64,000 nucleotides of DNA, taken from an uncultured delta proteobacterium. GTDB lineage: Bacteria > Myxococcota > Kuafuiibacteriia > Kuafuiibacteriales > Kuafuiibacteriaceae. A model generated the notes under the pieces. It was not told the DNA's origin, searched no databases, and was given only the letters and a program-made list of their open reading frames with translations. The stretch is from positions 2,272,001 through 2,336,000 of the forward strand of contig CAWDML010000001.1 in the NCBI GenBank assembly GCA_963803435.1. The letters are read 5' to 3'. The first letter of the stretch is position 1; each line of letters starts with the position of its first letter. Positions 29,780 through 38,910 of this stretch are shown here, in pieces. Both the position numbers and the translations under genes were made by a program.

Positions 29780-31361
29780 TCAGGATCTCAGCTTGGATCC
29801 AATGCGCTTTGCCATCGGATGATCGCGATCGCTCACCGTCTCGAGGAGCGCGCGCGCGGCTGTGTGCTCGTTCTCTTCCGAGAGGCAGAACGCGTAGGCG
29901 AGCTTCACGCGCTCGTCCTCGGGGCGACGCTGGCGCTCCGCGACCAGCATGGTGGCGATCCCCAGCGGATCGGCGGCCCCCGGCTCCGACAGATACTTGG
30001 CCAGATCGATCAGGAGCGGGACATCGCCGCGCAGCGGATCGAGTCGCCTCGCCCACTCCAGGAGCGCGCGGCCCTCGCCGAGGTGGCCCTCGCCGAGCAC
30101 ACGAAAGCCTCGATCGACCTTCGGCTCCGCCTCGAGCGCCTCGCGCTCGCGGACGGCATTCGTCGACTTCTCCGCCCAGTCGACCAGCGCTCGGTATCGC
30201 CGTGCACACTCGACGTCGGAGAGGCACGCGAAGGCCTCGTGATATAGGCCCTTGAGCGCGCGGCTGGCAGCGTCATCACTGTCGCCGCCGTCGGGCCGTC
30301 GCACCAGGAACCGATAGGCGCGTTCGACCTGTGCGAGAATCGGTGTTCGGGGCGACCCGGAGGATCTGGTAGTAGTTCTTGCCATCGTAGTTGGCGAAGC
30401 GCGCCTTCACCGACTCGTACTCCAGCAGCGCCGGGGCCGGCGCCGGCGCGGGCGGGGTGTCCTTGCCCGGCTTGGCCTTCGCTCCCGACTTGTAGTGGAT
30501 GACCAGGCCCGAGGTCTCGTCCGCCGCCGACTCGTCGAGCGGCATCCGCTGTGGGTTCGCCGGGGCCGCGCCCGCGCTGCGGGTCCGCGGATCGCTCTTG
30601 GGCTTGGCGGGGGCCGCCTTGTCGCGAACCTCGAGCATGCCGGCGAGCACGAGCGTCGCGAGGGCCGCCGACGCCGTGCGCGGGTCGAGACCGAGCTCCA
30701 GCAGGTCGGCGAGGGTGTGCGGCTCCTCCTCGAGACGCCCGAGCGCTCGATCGACGTCCGGGCCCCACTCGAACGGATCGACGCCCCGCGGGAAAGTGGG
30801 AGCGAGCACGAAGCTCCTGCCGGTGTAGTCCTCGAGGATGCGCTCCAGCAGCGCCCGATCCTGGGTCGCACAGAGGCCCTCGTATACGATCGGCAGCGGC
30901 TGCAGGATCGTGAGTCGGACCTGCTCGGGACAATCGATGCCCTCATGGAAGGTGAAGTCGACCGTACCGACGTCGAACAGCCGCACCAGCTGAGCGCGCG
31001 CGCGCCGGGCCTCGAGCTCCCGCGCGCGCCCGGGCGGCAGCACCTCGCGCTCTTCGAGGATCACGCTCTCGCTCACGTCCATGCCCTCGGCGATCCGCAG
31101 CAGCTCGAGGCCTGCCGCCTCCGACACCTGCCCGGTTTCGATCAGCATGTGCATCATCGAGACCCGGGCATCGGCGAGATCGACCGCGATCGGGACGCCA
31201 TCGCGGAAGTAGATCCGGTTGCGAGGCTCCGGATGGAGCGTGATGTCGAGCCGCCCGCTGAGGTTGCCGCGCAGGATGCCCAACAGGAGATCCGGCAGCG
31301 GATACTCGGCGAACGTCGCGGAGAGGGAGCCGCCGGGACGGATGCTCTCGATCTTCGGCAC
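29780..31361 (-). CDS. DUF4388-like + J-domain-like + TPR-like protein; +1 frameshift near 30339
   Basis: LPDLLLGILRGNLSGRL..RIYFRDG (DUF4388-like). NYYQILRVAPNTD continues into LAQVERAYRFL in the next frame (J-domain helices I-II). Confidence 0.78.
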
Positions 31362-31386
31362 GGGGCTCAACGATAGAAGCTGGCGC

Positions 31387-32394
31387 TCAGCGGAGCAATG
31401 CGTGACCCGAGCCGAGCGCACGCGCAAAGCCCCGCATCGCCGCCCCCAGCGGGCGAGAGAGGATCGGCGCCGGAGCCTGCGGAGAGGCCGAGTCGAATGG
31501 CGACAGCCAGGACTCGGGGGCGCCGCGATGGAGCACGCCCTCGAGCGAAAAGAGCGCGAGGTCGTCCACACCGGCAGCGCGGGCGGCGGCCACGTCGAGG
31601 ACCAGCTCCGCCGGAGAGGCGAACGCCGGCTCGTCTCCGAGCTTTCCAGTGGTCACCAGACCGACCGAGAGGCTGGCCCGCGCGGGCCCCACGCTCTGGA
31701 CCAACATCCTCCCCGTCTCGAACAGAAGCGCCCGGGCCGAGGACTCGCTCGAGAGCGGCACCATCCGGCGCAACAACGTCGTGTACATCATCGGGGACAC
31801 CACCGACCATCCGGGCGCGCTCACCGGCGTCCGAAAGACGCCCTGCCAGAGGTCGTCGCGCGCAAACAGATCGAGCACCACCGGAGGGAGAACGGCGGCG
31901 ATGGTCTCGAGCCCCCGGACGCGCAGGTCCCGCGCGACGCGGGTCAGGATCTCGATGGAACGATGGCGCGCTCCGTCGCGCAATGCCAGCTCGGCGAAGC
32001 CGCGGATGAGGAAGAGCCCGCGCCGCGCCAGCGCGCCGTGCATCAACCGCCGGGTGACGGCGAGCGGAGGCTCGAGATCGATCGCGACGGTGCGTGGGAT
32101 CGCTCGCGCCTGATCCACGAAGCGCAGGGCGCCTTGCATGCGCGACTCGAACGCCTGCGCGTTCTCCTCGGAGGGCCAGTAGCCGTCGGTGTCGGAGAGG
32201 AGGGGCCAGATCCCGAAGGGGACGCCGGCGCCGGTCAGCCGCAGCAGCGCGTCCGCCATCGGCGGGGTCTCGGCGCTGGGCGGGAGCGCGATGAGCGGCT
32301 CCAGCTGGAAGCGACGGAGCAGGCGGAGGGTCGCGCCCGCGGCGAGCTCCTCCGGCGCCAGGAACTCGCTCCACACCCTCCGCCGTGGGGTCAC
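31387..32394 (-). CDS. Hypothetical protein, possible TIM-barrel hydrolase fold
   Basis: GTGA overlap with the HAD gene; alternating alpha/beta pattern (VAIDLEP, VSPMMY, LALFSLEG). Confidence 0.7.
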   Translation of the reverse strand: MTPRRRVWSEFLAPEELAAGATLRLLRRFQLEPLIALPPSAETPPMADALLRLTGAGVPFGIWPLLSDTDGYWPSEENAQAFESRMQGALRFVDQARAIPRTVAIDLEPPLAVTRRLMHGALARRGLFLIRGFAELALRDGARHRSIEILTRVARDLRVRGLETIAAVLPPVVLDLFARDDLWQGVFRTPVSAPGWSVVSPMMYTTLLRRMVPLSSESSARALLFETGRMLVQSVGPARASLSVGLVTTGKLGDEPAFASPAELVLDVAAARAAGVDDLALFSLEGVLHRGAPESWLSPFDSASPQAPAPILSRPLGAAMRGFARALGSGHALLR

Positions 32395-33086
32395 AGGCCG
32401 ATCAACCGCCAGAAGGCCTCTTCGGCCAAGCTGTCCACCAGCAGGTCCGGTTGCGCCCCGGCCAGCGCGTCCGGATCGAGGCTCCCCGCCAGGACGCCCA
32501 CGACCCGGACTCCGGCGGCGCGCGCCGCCTCCACGTCACGCTCGGTGTCTCCGATCACCACCACGTCCTCGAGCTCGAAGCGGCGCCCCAGGCGGGACTC
32601 GGCGTAGGTCTGGCCGCGGAGGATCCCGTGACGCACCAGCTCGGGCCTCGACGCCGAGTCGGAGCCGTAGCCGCCGAACTTGAAGCGCTCCCACAGCCCA
32701 CCGGGCATCAGCTTCAACCGCGCCCCGGCCTCCACGTTCCCTGTGGCCAGGCCGACCGCATGACGTCCCGAGCCCGCCGCGCCGGCCACCACGTCCGCGG
32801 CGCCCGGGAGGACGCGATACTGATCGCGCGTGCGCGCGAGCTCGGCCTCGAGGTGAACCAGGTAACGATCCATGATCGCGTCGATCTCCTCGAGTCCGCG
32901 CGGCGGGCGGCCCACGTTGAGCGCGAAGGCGTCCGCGATGATGGTCGGATCAGTGCTCCCGCCCAGGTGGACGCCCTCCATCGCGCCGTCGACACCGGTG
33001 ACGTCGAGGAAGGCGCGCGCGAGCGAGCGCCGGCCGGCGCCGCCCGAGGTGACGAGGGTGCCGTCGATGTCGAAGAGGAGGAGCAC
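32391..33086 (-). CDS. HAD-family hydrolase
   Basis: FDIDGTL, LATGN and VIGDTERD motifs. Confidence 0.93.
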   Translation of the reverse strand: MLLLFDIDGTLVTSGGAGRRSLARAFLDVTGVDGAMEGVHLGGSTDPTIIADAFALNVGRPPRGLEEIDAIMDRYLVHLEAELARTRDQYRVLPGAADVVAGAAGSGRHAVGLATGNVEAGARLKLMPGGLWERFKFGGYGSDSASRPELVRHGILRGQTYAESRLGRRFELEDVVVIGDTERDVEAARAAGVRVVGVLAGSLDPDALAGAQPDLLVDSLAEEAFWRLIGL

Positions 33087-34340
33087 TTACTTCTTCTTCG
33101 CCGCCGCGCTCTTCTTCTGCTTCTTCGAGCGCGCCTTGGTGGTGGTCTTCTTCGGCTTGCCCTTCGCCGCCGTCCGGACCTTCGGCTTGTTCTTCGGCTG
33201 CGGCGAGGGGGCCGGGATCACCGGGACGAGGGCGGGCACGCCGTCGGGCTTGCCGTTCGCCTTCTTCCTCGACTTCTTTGTCTTTCGCTTGGTCGGGATC
33301 TGGGTGGCGCTCCGGCTGGCGACCTGGGTCTCGATCGTGGACGGCTCTTCGGGCTGCTCGAGCGGAACGTCGAGGACCGTGCGCATCCCGGGCGGCATCG
33401 CGACCACCACCGAGATCGCAGAGAGCACGGTGGAGACGGTGCAGGTGTCGCCGGGGAGCTCGCCTTCGAGGTGGAGGGGGGGCTCCCCGACGATGTCGAT
33501 CGTGTCGCGCGGCTGCGGCTCGTCGAGCGCCATCGTCAGCTCGAGCGTGACGATCTCACGCCCGTGACGATATCCCCGGGCGATCTGATAGATGCCGCGG
33601 ACGCGGCCCACCGGCACCGGACCGAACACGGAGACCGTCGGCTCGGCCGCGATCACCGGCGAGAACGCCTCGGAGGTCTTGTCGAGGTGCAGGCCGATCC
33701 CCTTCGCGATCAACCGCAGCGACGAGCTCAGCCCGGCGTGGCCGATGAGGCCGGCCTTGATGGCGTCGCTGAACTCGTGGGGCGTCATCCCGACGCCCAC
33801 CTTCGACTGGAGCTGCGCTCGGCGAGTGGTCGCGTTGACGACGCGCGTTACGCGGATCCTGCGGATGTTCCGGGTGGCCTGGGCGAGCATCACCGGCAGG
33901 CGGTCCATCGCGAAGCCCGGGTTCACGCCGGTGGCCAGCACCACGGTCCCGGCCTCGCGCGCACGGGCATCGAAGTCGTCGTCCAGCTGCGAGAGCGCCT
34001 GCTCCGCGTCCGCCAGGTTTTCGCAGGTCGTTACGACATGCGCACCGTGCGCCACACACAGCTCGAGCGTGGGCCCGAGCGCCTCCACGTCCGACGTGGT
34101 ACAGACCACGGCGACCTCGGGGCGGGCCCGGGAGAGCATCCCCTCGACGTCCTGATCGATCGGGATCCCGAGGCGACCTTCGCCGATGATCTCGCCGAGA
34201 TCCCGGCCGGCTTTGTTCTTGTCGGCGTCTGCCGTGCCGACGAGCGTGACGCGCGGATCCTCCAGTGCGGCGCGGGCGACCTCTTGTCCGACCCACCCCA
34301 AACCGACGATCCCGATCCGGATCCGCTCCTTCAACCTCAC
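33087..34340 (-). CDS. NAD(P)-dependent dehydrogenase (DapB-like/2,4-diaminopentanoate dehydrogenase family) with Lys-rich C-terminal tail
   Basis: IVGLGWVG Rossmann motif, VVTTCE, TGVNPGFAMD, LQSKVGVG and GDTCT; ~65-aa K/P/A-rich tail. Start codon uncertain. Confidence 0.85.
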   Translation of the reverse strand: MRLKERIRIGIVGLGWVGQEVARAALEDPRVTLVGTADADKNKAGRDLGEIIGEGRLGIPIDQDVEGMLSRARPEVAVVCTTSDVEALGPTLELCVAHGAHVVTTCENLADAEQALSQLDDDFDARAREAGTVVLATGVNPGFAMDRLPVMLAQATRNIRRIRVTRVVNATTRRAQLQSKVGVGMTPHEFSDAIKAGLIGHAGLSSSLRLIAKGIGLHLDKTSEAFSPVIAAEPTVSVFGPVPVGRVRGIYQIARGYRHGREIVTLELTMALDEPQPRDTIDIVGEPPLHLEGELPGDTCTVSTVLSAISVVVAMPPGMRTVLDVPLEQPEEPSTIETQVASRSATQIPTKRKTKKSRKKANGKPDGVPALVPVIPAPSPQPKNKPKVRTAAKGKPKKTTTKARSKKQKKSAAAKKK

Positions 34341-34423
34341 GGTGTGGAAGGCTACCCCGGTCCGCGACAAACGCAAACGAACGGACTTGACGGACGCCTC
34401 GGTTCGCCGGAGCGTACGGGCGC

Positions 34424-34618
34424 ATGGCGCAATCCACTTATGGATTGGAGCGGCGCCCGGTCGAGTACACCCCCGCGCCCCCCTCCCACCTGTGGATCGC
34501 CGTCTGCCTCGCGATCGGGGCCTCCACCCTCGCTTCGGCGATCTTCCTCGGCCTCGCGGAGGTCATTACCTTCCACATCAAGACCCTGGTCCTCGAAGCG
34601 ATCTTCGCGCGGCAGTGA
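34424..34618 (+). CDS. Small membrane protein (64 aa)
   Basis: Single hydrophobic helix; GTGA overlap with the next gene. Confidence 0.6.
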   Translation: MAQSTYGLERRPVEYTPAPPSHLWIAVCLAIGASTLASAIFLGLAEVITFHIKTLVLEAIFARQ

Positions 34619-35190
34619 CGCCTCTGATCGACAGCATTCTGAAGGCACCGCTGTCGCTGGTGCTCCTCGGCGTGGGGTTCATCGTGATCATCGGGATCGT
34701 GGTGCTGCACGCCGTGCGAACCGATCGGATCGTCCACATCGCCGAGGATCTGATGCAGCTCGCGCTCGAGGGGCGCGCGGACGAGGCGCGCATTCGCGCG
34801 CGCAAGGCGGGAAAGACCATGCAGCCGGTGCTCGACGCGCTGGGAGGGGACGTCGTTCCCCCTCCCCGGCGTTCGATGATGCGGGACTCGCCATGGCTGC
34901 TGGTCATCGCGGCGCCGGTGCTCCTCTTCGTCGCCTACAGCCTGGCCGAGCTCCGCGACGGCGCCGAGCTGCGAATCCACGTCGCGACCACCCTGCTCTT
35001 CGGCACCGCAGTCCTGCTTCCGGTCGCCTTCGCCGCTTCGATCGCCGTATTCGAGATCAGCCGCCGCGCCTCCCGCTCGGTGCGCGGCACCTGCATCACG
35101 CTCCTCGCACAAAACGTGAAGAGCGCGGTGGACGCCGATCGAAAGGACGCGATCCGACGCGGCCCGCGCAAGGATCCGAGGGGCGACTGA
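34615..35190 (+). CDS. Three-TM membrane protein, distantly MotA/TolQ/ExbB-like
   Basis: TM, cytoplasmic helical segment (LMQLALEGRADEARIRARK), then two TMs; TGATG coupling to the next gene. Confidence 0.6.
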   Translation: MTPLIDSILKAPLSLVLLGVGFIVIIGIVVLHAVRTDRIVHIAEDLMQLALEGRADEARIRARKAGKTMQPVLDALGGDVVPPPRRSMMRDSPWLLVIAAPVLLFVAYSLAELRDGAELRIHVATTLLFGTAVLLPVAFAASIAVFEISRRASRSVRGTCITLLAQNVKSAVDADRKDAIRRGPRKDPRGD

Positions 35191-36674
35191 TGAGCCTCGG
35201 GCTGCTGATCGTCGCCGGCATCCTCCTCGAGCTCGGGCTCGGCACGTACGTCGTGGTCCTGACGCTCCGCGAGAACAAGGCCTTCAAGGCGCTGGTCGAT
35301 CAAGCCGCGGCCGAATTCGTCACGGCCGTCGACGATCTGCCGCAGCCGTATCGCTCGGTCGCGCGCCCGCTCGCCGATCAGCTCGCGATGGATCAGGACT
35401 TCGACGACGCGCTCCTGGACGCCGTCATCGACACCACCCGCCAGCCGTTCAAGAAGCCGCTCTGGCAACGTTTGCTGGTCGGCGTGATCTGCTCGCTGGC
35501 GATGCTGGGGCCCGCGTCGTATGGCCTCCTCGTCACCGCCTCGCAGATTGTGACCGCCTGGAACGAGTCGGAGGCGCTCAATCGCTCGGTCGTCTATCTC
35601 CGCGGGCAGACCGAGCTCGAAGGTCCCTTTCTCCTCCTTCGGCAGGCCTTCCATGGCTCGGCGCTCCTGTTCTTCGGCCTCGCGTTCCTGTGGGCGCTCG
35701 CGTGGTACCTGCGCCGGCCCGAGGTCCGCGAGGCGCGCTTCATCCGCACGCTGCTGGAGGCCGGGGCCCGCGCCAGCCCGAGGAGCCCGGCGCCGGCGAG
35801 CGGCCGGCTCTCGGAGCTGATCGCGCCGGACCGGGGGCTCGGGCGTCCGATCACCGCCCTGGTGGTCTGCCTGTGCGGCATCACCGCCGGCTGGCTGGTG
35901 CTCTACGAGACCGCCGACGTCCGCGCGGCCAACGATCGGGAGCCGGTGTTCGACGTCTGGCCGGCCAAGCGCGCGCGGATGCTGCAGACCACGGCCGAGC
36001 TCAGCCTTCCCCGCTCGCGGGCGGGCGCGCCGCTCGGCGACCAGCCGCCGCCGTCCCTGGTGATCGGTCCGGACAACGCGTTCCTGGGCGGGAGCGATCT
36101 ACTGGTGGGGTTCGCGGACGGACGCCTCCCGGAGAACTGGAAGGCCGAGGTCCCCGACGTCACCAAGATCCTCGCGACCTCCGGGGGACGCGTGGTGGTG
36201 TCGGCGCATCGCGAGCTCCCGCTGGAGCTGGTGCTCCAGCTGATGCAGTACCTCCAGGCCAAGTACGACGTCGATCGCTTCGATCTGATCGTCGAGCGCA
36301 CGCTGCTCAACGGCGAGCCCGGCGGCAAGCCGCTCCAGGCGATGATCCCGCTCGAGCTCGACAGCGATCGCACGGCAGCGCTCCGGATCGAGATCCTGGA
36401 CGGCGGGATCCGCGTCCCTCCGGAGACCGAGGTCCGGCCCTTCGAGGAGAGCGACTGGGCCGAACATCTGCGCGGCCTGGTGCGCGATCAGCCGGCGCTG
36501 CTGCGGAGCAAGGATCGACAAGCGATCGACGTGCGCGTCCTGGGACGGGACCTCGGCTACGGTCGATTCGTCGAGGTGCTCGCCGGCGCCGACACCGCGT
36601 GCATGGGGAGAGGCGACTGCGGGCTTCCCGGGCTCGGGCTCGTGTTCAGTCTGAGATCAGGGCCCAATCCGTGA
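35190..36674 (+). CDS. Membrane protein with ~4 TM helices fused to tandem ExbD/TolR-like periplasmic domains
   Basis: Likely start MSLGLLIVAG inside the 1429-aa ORF. C-terminal LSLPRS, VVVSAHRELPLELVLQLM and VRVLGRDLGYGRFVEVL resemble ExbD (ADxxxxYxxVxxVM). Confidence 0.65.
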   Translation: MSLGLLIVAGILLELGLGTYVVVLTLRENKAFKALVDQAAAEFVTAVDDLPQPYRSVARPLADQLAMDQDFDDALLDAVIDTTRQPFKKPLWQRLLVGVICSLAMLGPASYGLLVTASQIVTAWNESEALNRSVVYLRGQTELEGPFLLLRQAFHGSALLFFGLAFLWALAWYLRRPEVREARFIRTLLEAGARASPRSPAPASGRLSELIAPDRGLGRPITALVVCLCGITAGWLVLYETADVRAANDREPVFDVWPAKRARMLQTTAELSLPRSRAGAPLGDQPPPSLVIGPDNAFLGGSDLLVGFADGRLPENWKAEVPDVTKILATSGGRVVVSAHRELPLELVLQLMQYLQAKYDVDRFDLIVERTLLNGEPGGKPLQAMIPLELDSDRTAALRIEILDGGIRVPPETEVRPFEESDWAEHLRGLVRDQPALLRSKDRQAIDVRVLGRDLGYGRFVEVLAGADTACMGRGDCGLPGLGLVFSLRSGPNP

Positions 36675-37458
36675 GGATCTCATGGCCCGTATCGGTGACG
36701 AGCACCGTGTGCTCGAACTGAGCCGAGAGCTTTCCGTCCGCCGTGCGCACCGTCCATCGATCCACCGGATCCAGGACCGTCTCGTGGCCTCCCATGTTGA
36801 TCATGGGCTCCACGGTGAAGATCATGCCGGCACGAAGGCGGGGGTTCGGTCCTTTCGACCGGTAATGGGCGATCTGGGGGGCCTCGTGGAAGACGCGCCC
36901 GACGCCGTGACCGACGTACTCGCGAACGACCCCGTAGTGGTGAGCGTGGGCGTGATCCTCGATGGCGGCGCCGATGTCGCGGATCCGGGAGCCGGCGCGC
37001 ACCGTCCGGATCCCGCGATGCATGCACTCCTCAGTGACGCGGACCAGCTGGGCCACCTCGGGTCGGACCTCGCCCACCAGAAACGTGCGGGAGGTGTCGC
37101 CGTGGAACCCATCGAAGATGGAGGTGACGTCGATGTTGATGATGTCCCCCTCCTTGAGGACCTCGTCCCGCGAGGGGATGCCGTGACAGATGACGTCGTT
37201 GACGGAGGTGCAGACCGACTTTGGAAACGGAGGAATGCCACGGCTCGGATCGGCTCCATAGTTGAGGGGCGCGGGGACGGCGCCGTGATCCAGCGTGAAG
37301 TCATGAACGAAGCGATTGATGTCTTCCGTGGAGATCCCGGGCCGGACCATCTCGGAGGCCGCTTTCAAGGTCTTCGCGGCCAGCTTGCAGGCGGCCCGCA
37401 TGCCTTCGATCTCGGCCGGGGTCTTGATGTGAATCGCGTTGGCGCTCACGGCATCCAT
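36646..37458 (-). CDS. map: Methionine aminopeptidase type I
   Basis: FPKSVCTSVNDVICHGIP, DIINIDVT, HGDTSRT, GHGVG..FHE, FTVEPMIN and SAQFEHT motifs. Confidence 0.97.
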   Translation of the reverse strand: MDAVSANAIHIKTPAEIEGMRAACKLAAKTLKAASEMVRPGISTEDINRFVHDFTLDHGAVPAPLNYGADPSRGIPPFPKSVCTSVNDVICHGIPSRDEVLKEGDIINIDVTSIFDGFHGDTSRTFLVGEVRPEVAQLVRVTEECMHRGIRTVRAGSRIRDIGAAIEDHAHAHHYGVVREYVGHGVGRVFHEAPQIAHYRSKGPNPRLRAGMIFTVEPMINMGGHETVLDPVDRWTVRTADGKLSAQFEHTVLVTDTGHEILTDWALISD

Positions 37459-37505
37459 CAGAGCTCCCAATATGCTTCCTCCGAGCGGATTCGACAAGAC
37501 AAGGC

Positions 37506-38852
37506 TTACAAGCGTTCGGCCGCACGGAGCGCGAGATACGCCCGGATGGCGCCCGAGGTGACCGCATCGGGGGGGAGATCGAGGGCGCGGACGCCCCGGG
37601 CGGCCAACCCTTCGATCACCTCGTTCCGCGCACGCTCCAGCCCGAGCGCGGCCAACGAGCGATACGTGCCGGCCAGATCGTGGACCGATGCGTCCGCGAT
37701 CCGCCGAACGTGAGGGTCGCGAAGTGCCACGAAGAGCACCGCATGTCGTCGCGCCAGGACACCGAGCACGTCGATCATGGAAGACGAAGCCTCTGCATCC
37801 ACGAAGTCGGTGAGAAACACGATCAGGGCGCGCTTCTTCTGCCTCCGGCGGACCTCGGCGAGGGCCTGGACGAAGCTGGCGTCGGCGCTGGTGGACGAAA
37901 GGTCAGAGACGGCCTCCATCAGCCGACCGATCTGGGCCCGCCCGCGATCCGGCCGCACGAAGGCGCCCGCCCCTGCGTCGAAGCTCATGGCGCCCACGCG
38001 ATCGCCGTTGTTGAGCGCGACCGCCGCCAGTCGAAGGGCGCTGTTGATGGCAAGGTCGAGCTTCGTGCGCGGCTCGGACTCTCGTTCCATCGAATGGAGC
38101 GCACCCATCAGGCGACCCGTATCGATGCAGATCAAGAGCTCGTGGTTCTTCTCCAGCTCGAAGTTTCGGGCCGTCAGCTTGCCGCGCCGGGCGGTGGCCC
38201 GCCAGTCAATCCGACGGAGCTCGTCCTCGAGGACCGCGTCGCGGAGCGACTCGAACTCGGTGCCCTCGGCGCGCTTGCGGACCCGCTTGATCCCCAGCTC
38301 GGCCATCATCAGATCGGGATCGAGTGACCCGCGATCGACGTCGCCAACGTCCGGATCGACGCGGACCTCGCGCGCGCCCGACGGCTCGAGGACGATACGG
38401 CGTCGCGCCAGCCGGAGCGGACCGTCCGCCAGCAGGTTGAGGCGGCCGAAGGTAAAGCGCCCGCGGCGTCGCGGTCGCACGTCGTACTCGACACGCGCCA
38501 CCCCGCCGGCGATCAATCGGACCGTCCGGGGCGCCGACGCGGCCTCGCGGGGGCGGAGCTCGGGCGGCGGCTCGTCAATCAGGATCGCCTCACCGGCCCG
38601 GGACGAGGTCACGGCCAGGGTGATGCGCGCGCTCCGGTCGTGCTGCATCCGGGCGGGGGCAGCGCGCTCCGCGGACAGGCCGCCGGCGCGGGGAAGGAAC
38701 GCCACGTCGGCGACCAGCGCGAACAGGAGAAGGAGGTCCCAGCCAACCACGCCGTAGAGCGCGAGATCGCTGGCCATCGCGGCGGCGGCCAGGAGGAGCC
38801 CGAGCGCGGCGAGGCGCGCAAACCGCGGCGCGAGACGGAGCCCCGTGAGCAT
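37506..38852 (-). CDS. DUF58 domain protein (MoxR-associated vWA-like)
   Basis: GTEFESLRD..RRIDWRATAR, IDTGRLM and LIVFLTDF motifs. Confidence 0.92.
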   Translation of the reverse strand: MLTGLRLAPRFARLAALGLLLAAAAMASDLALYGVVGWDLLLLFALVADVAFLPRAGGLSAERAAPARMQHDRSARITLAVTSSRAGEAILIDEPPPELRPREAASAPRTVRLIAGGVARVEYDVRPRRRGRFTFGRLNLLADGPLRLARRRIVLEPSGAREVRVDPDVGDVDRGSLDPDLMMAELGIKRVRKRAEGTEFESLRDAVLEDELRRIDWRATARRGKLTARNFELEKNHELLICIDTGRLMGALHSMERESEPRTKLDLAINSALRLAAVALNNGDRVGAMSFDAGAGAFVRPDRGRAQIGRLMEAVSDLSSTSADASFVQALAEVRRRQKKRALIVFLTDFVDAEASSSMIDVLGVLARRHAVLFVALRDPHVRRIADASVHDLAGTYRSLAALGLERARNEVIEGLAARGVRALDLPPDAVTSGAIRAYLALRAAERL

Positions 38853-38910
38853 CCGCCGGCCCAGATAGCACCCCGCGACGACGACGTCGAACGTGGTAGA
38901 CTGAGCCCCC

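Noticed and set aside
32385-36674. 1429-aa plus-strand ORF as a single giant protein
   Set aside because: Only the part from ATG 35190 looks coding. The rest is antisense to the HAD and dehydrogenase genes or off-frame to the 34424/34615 genes.
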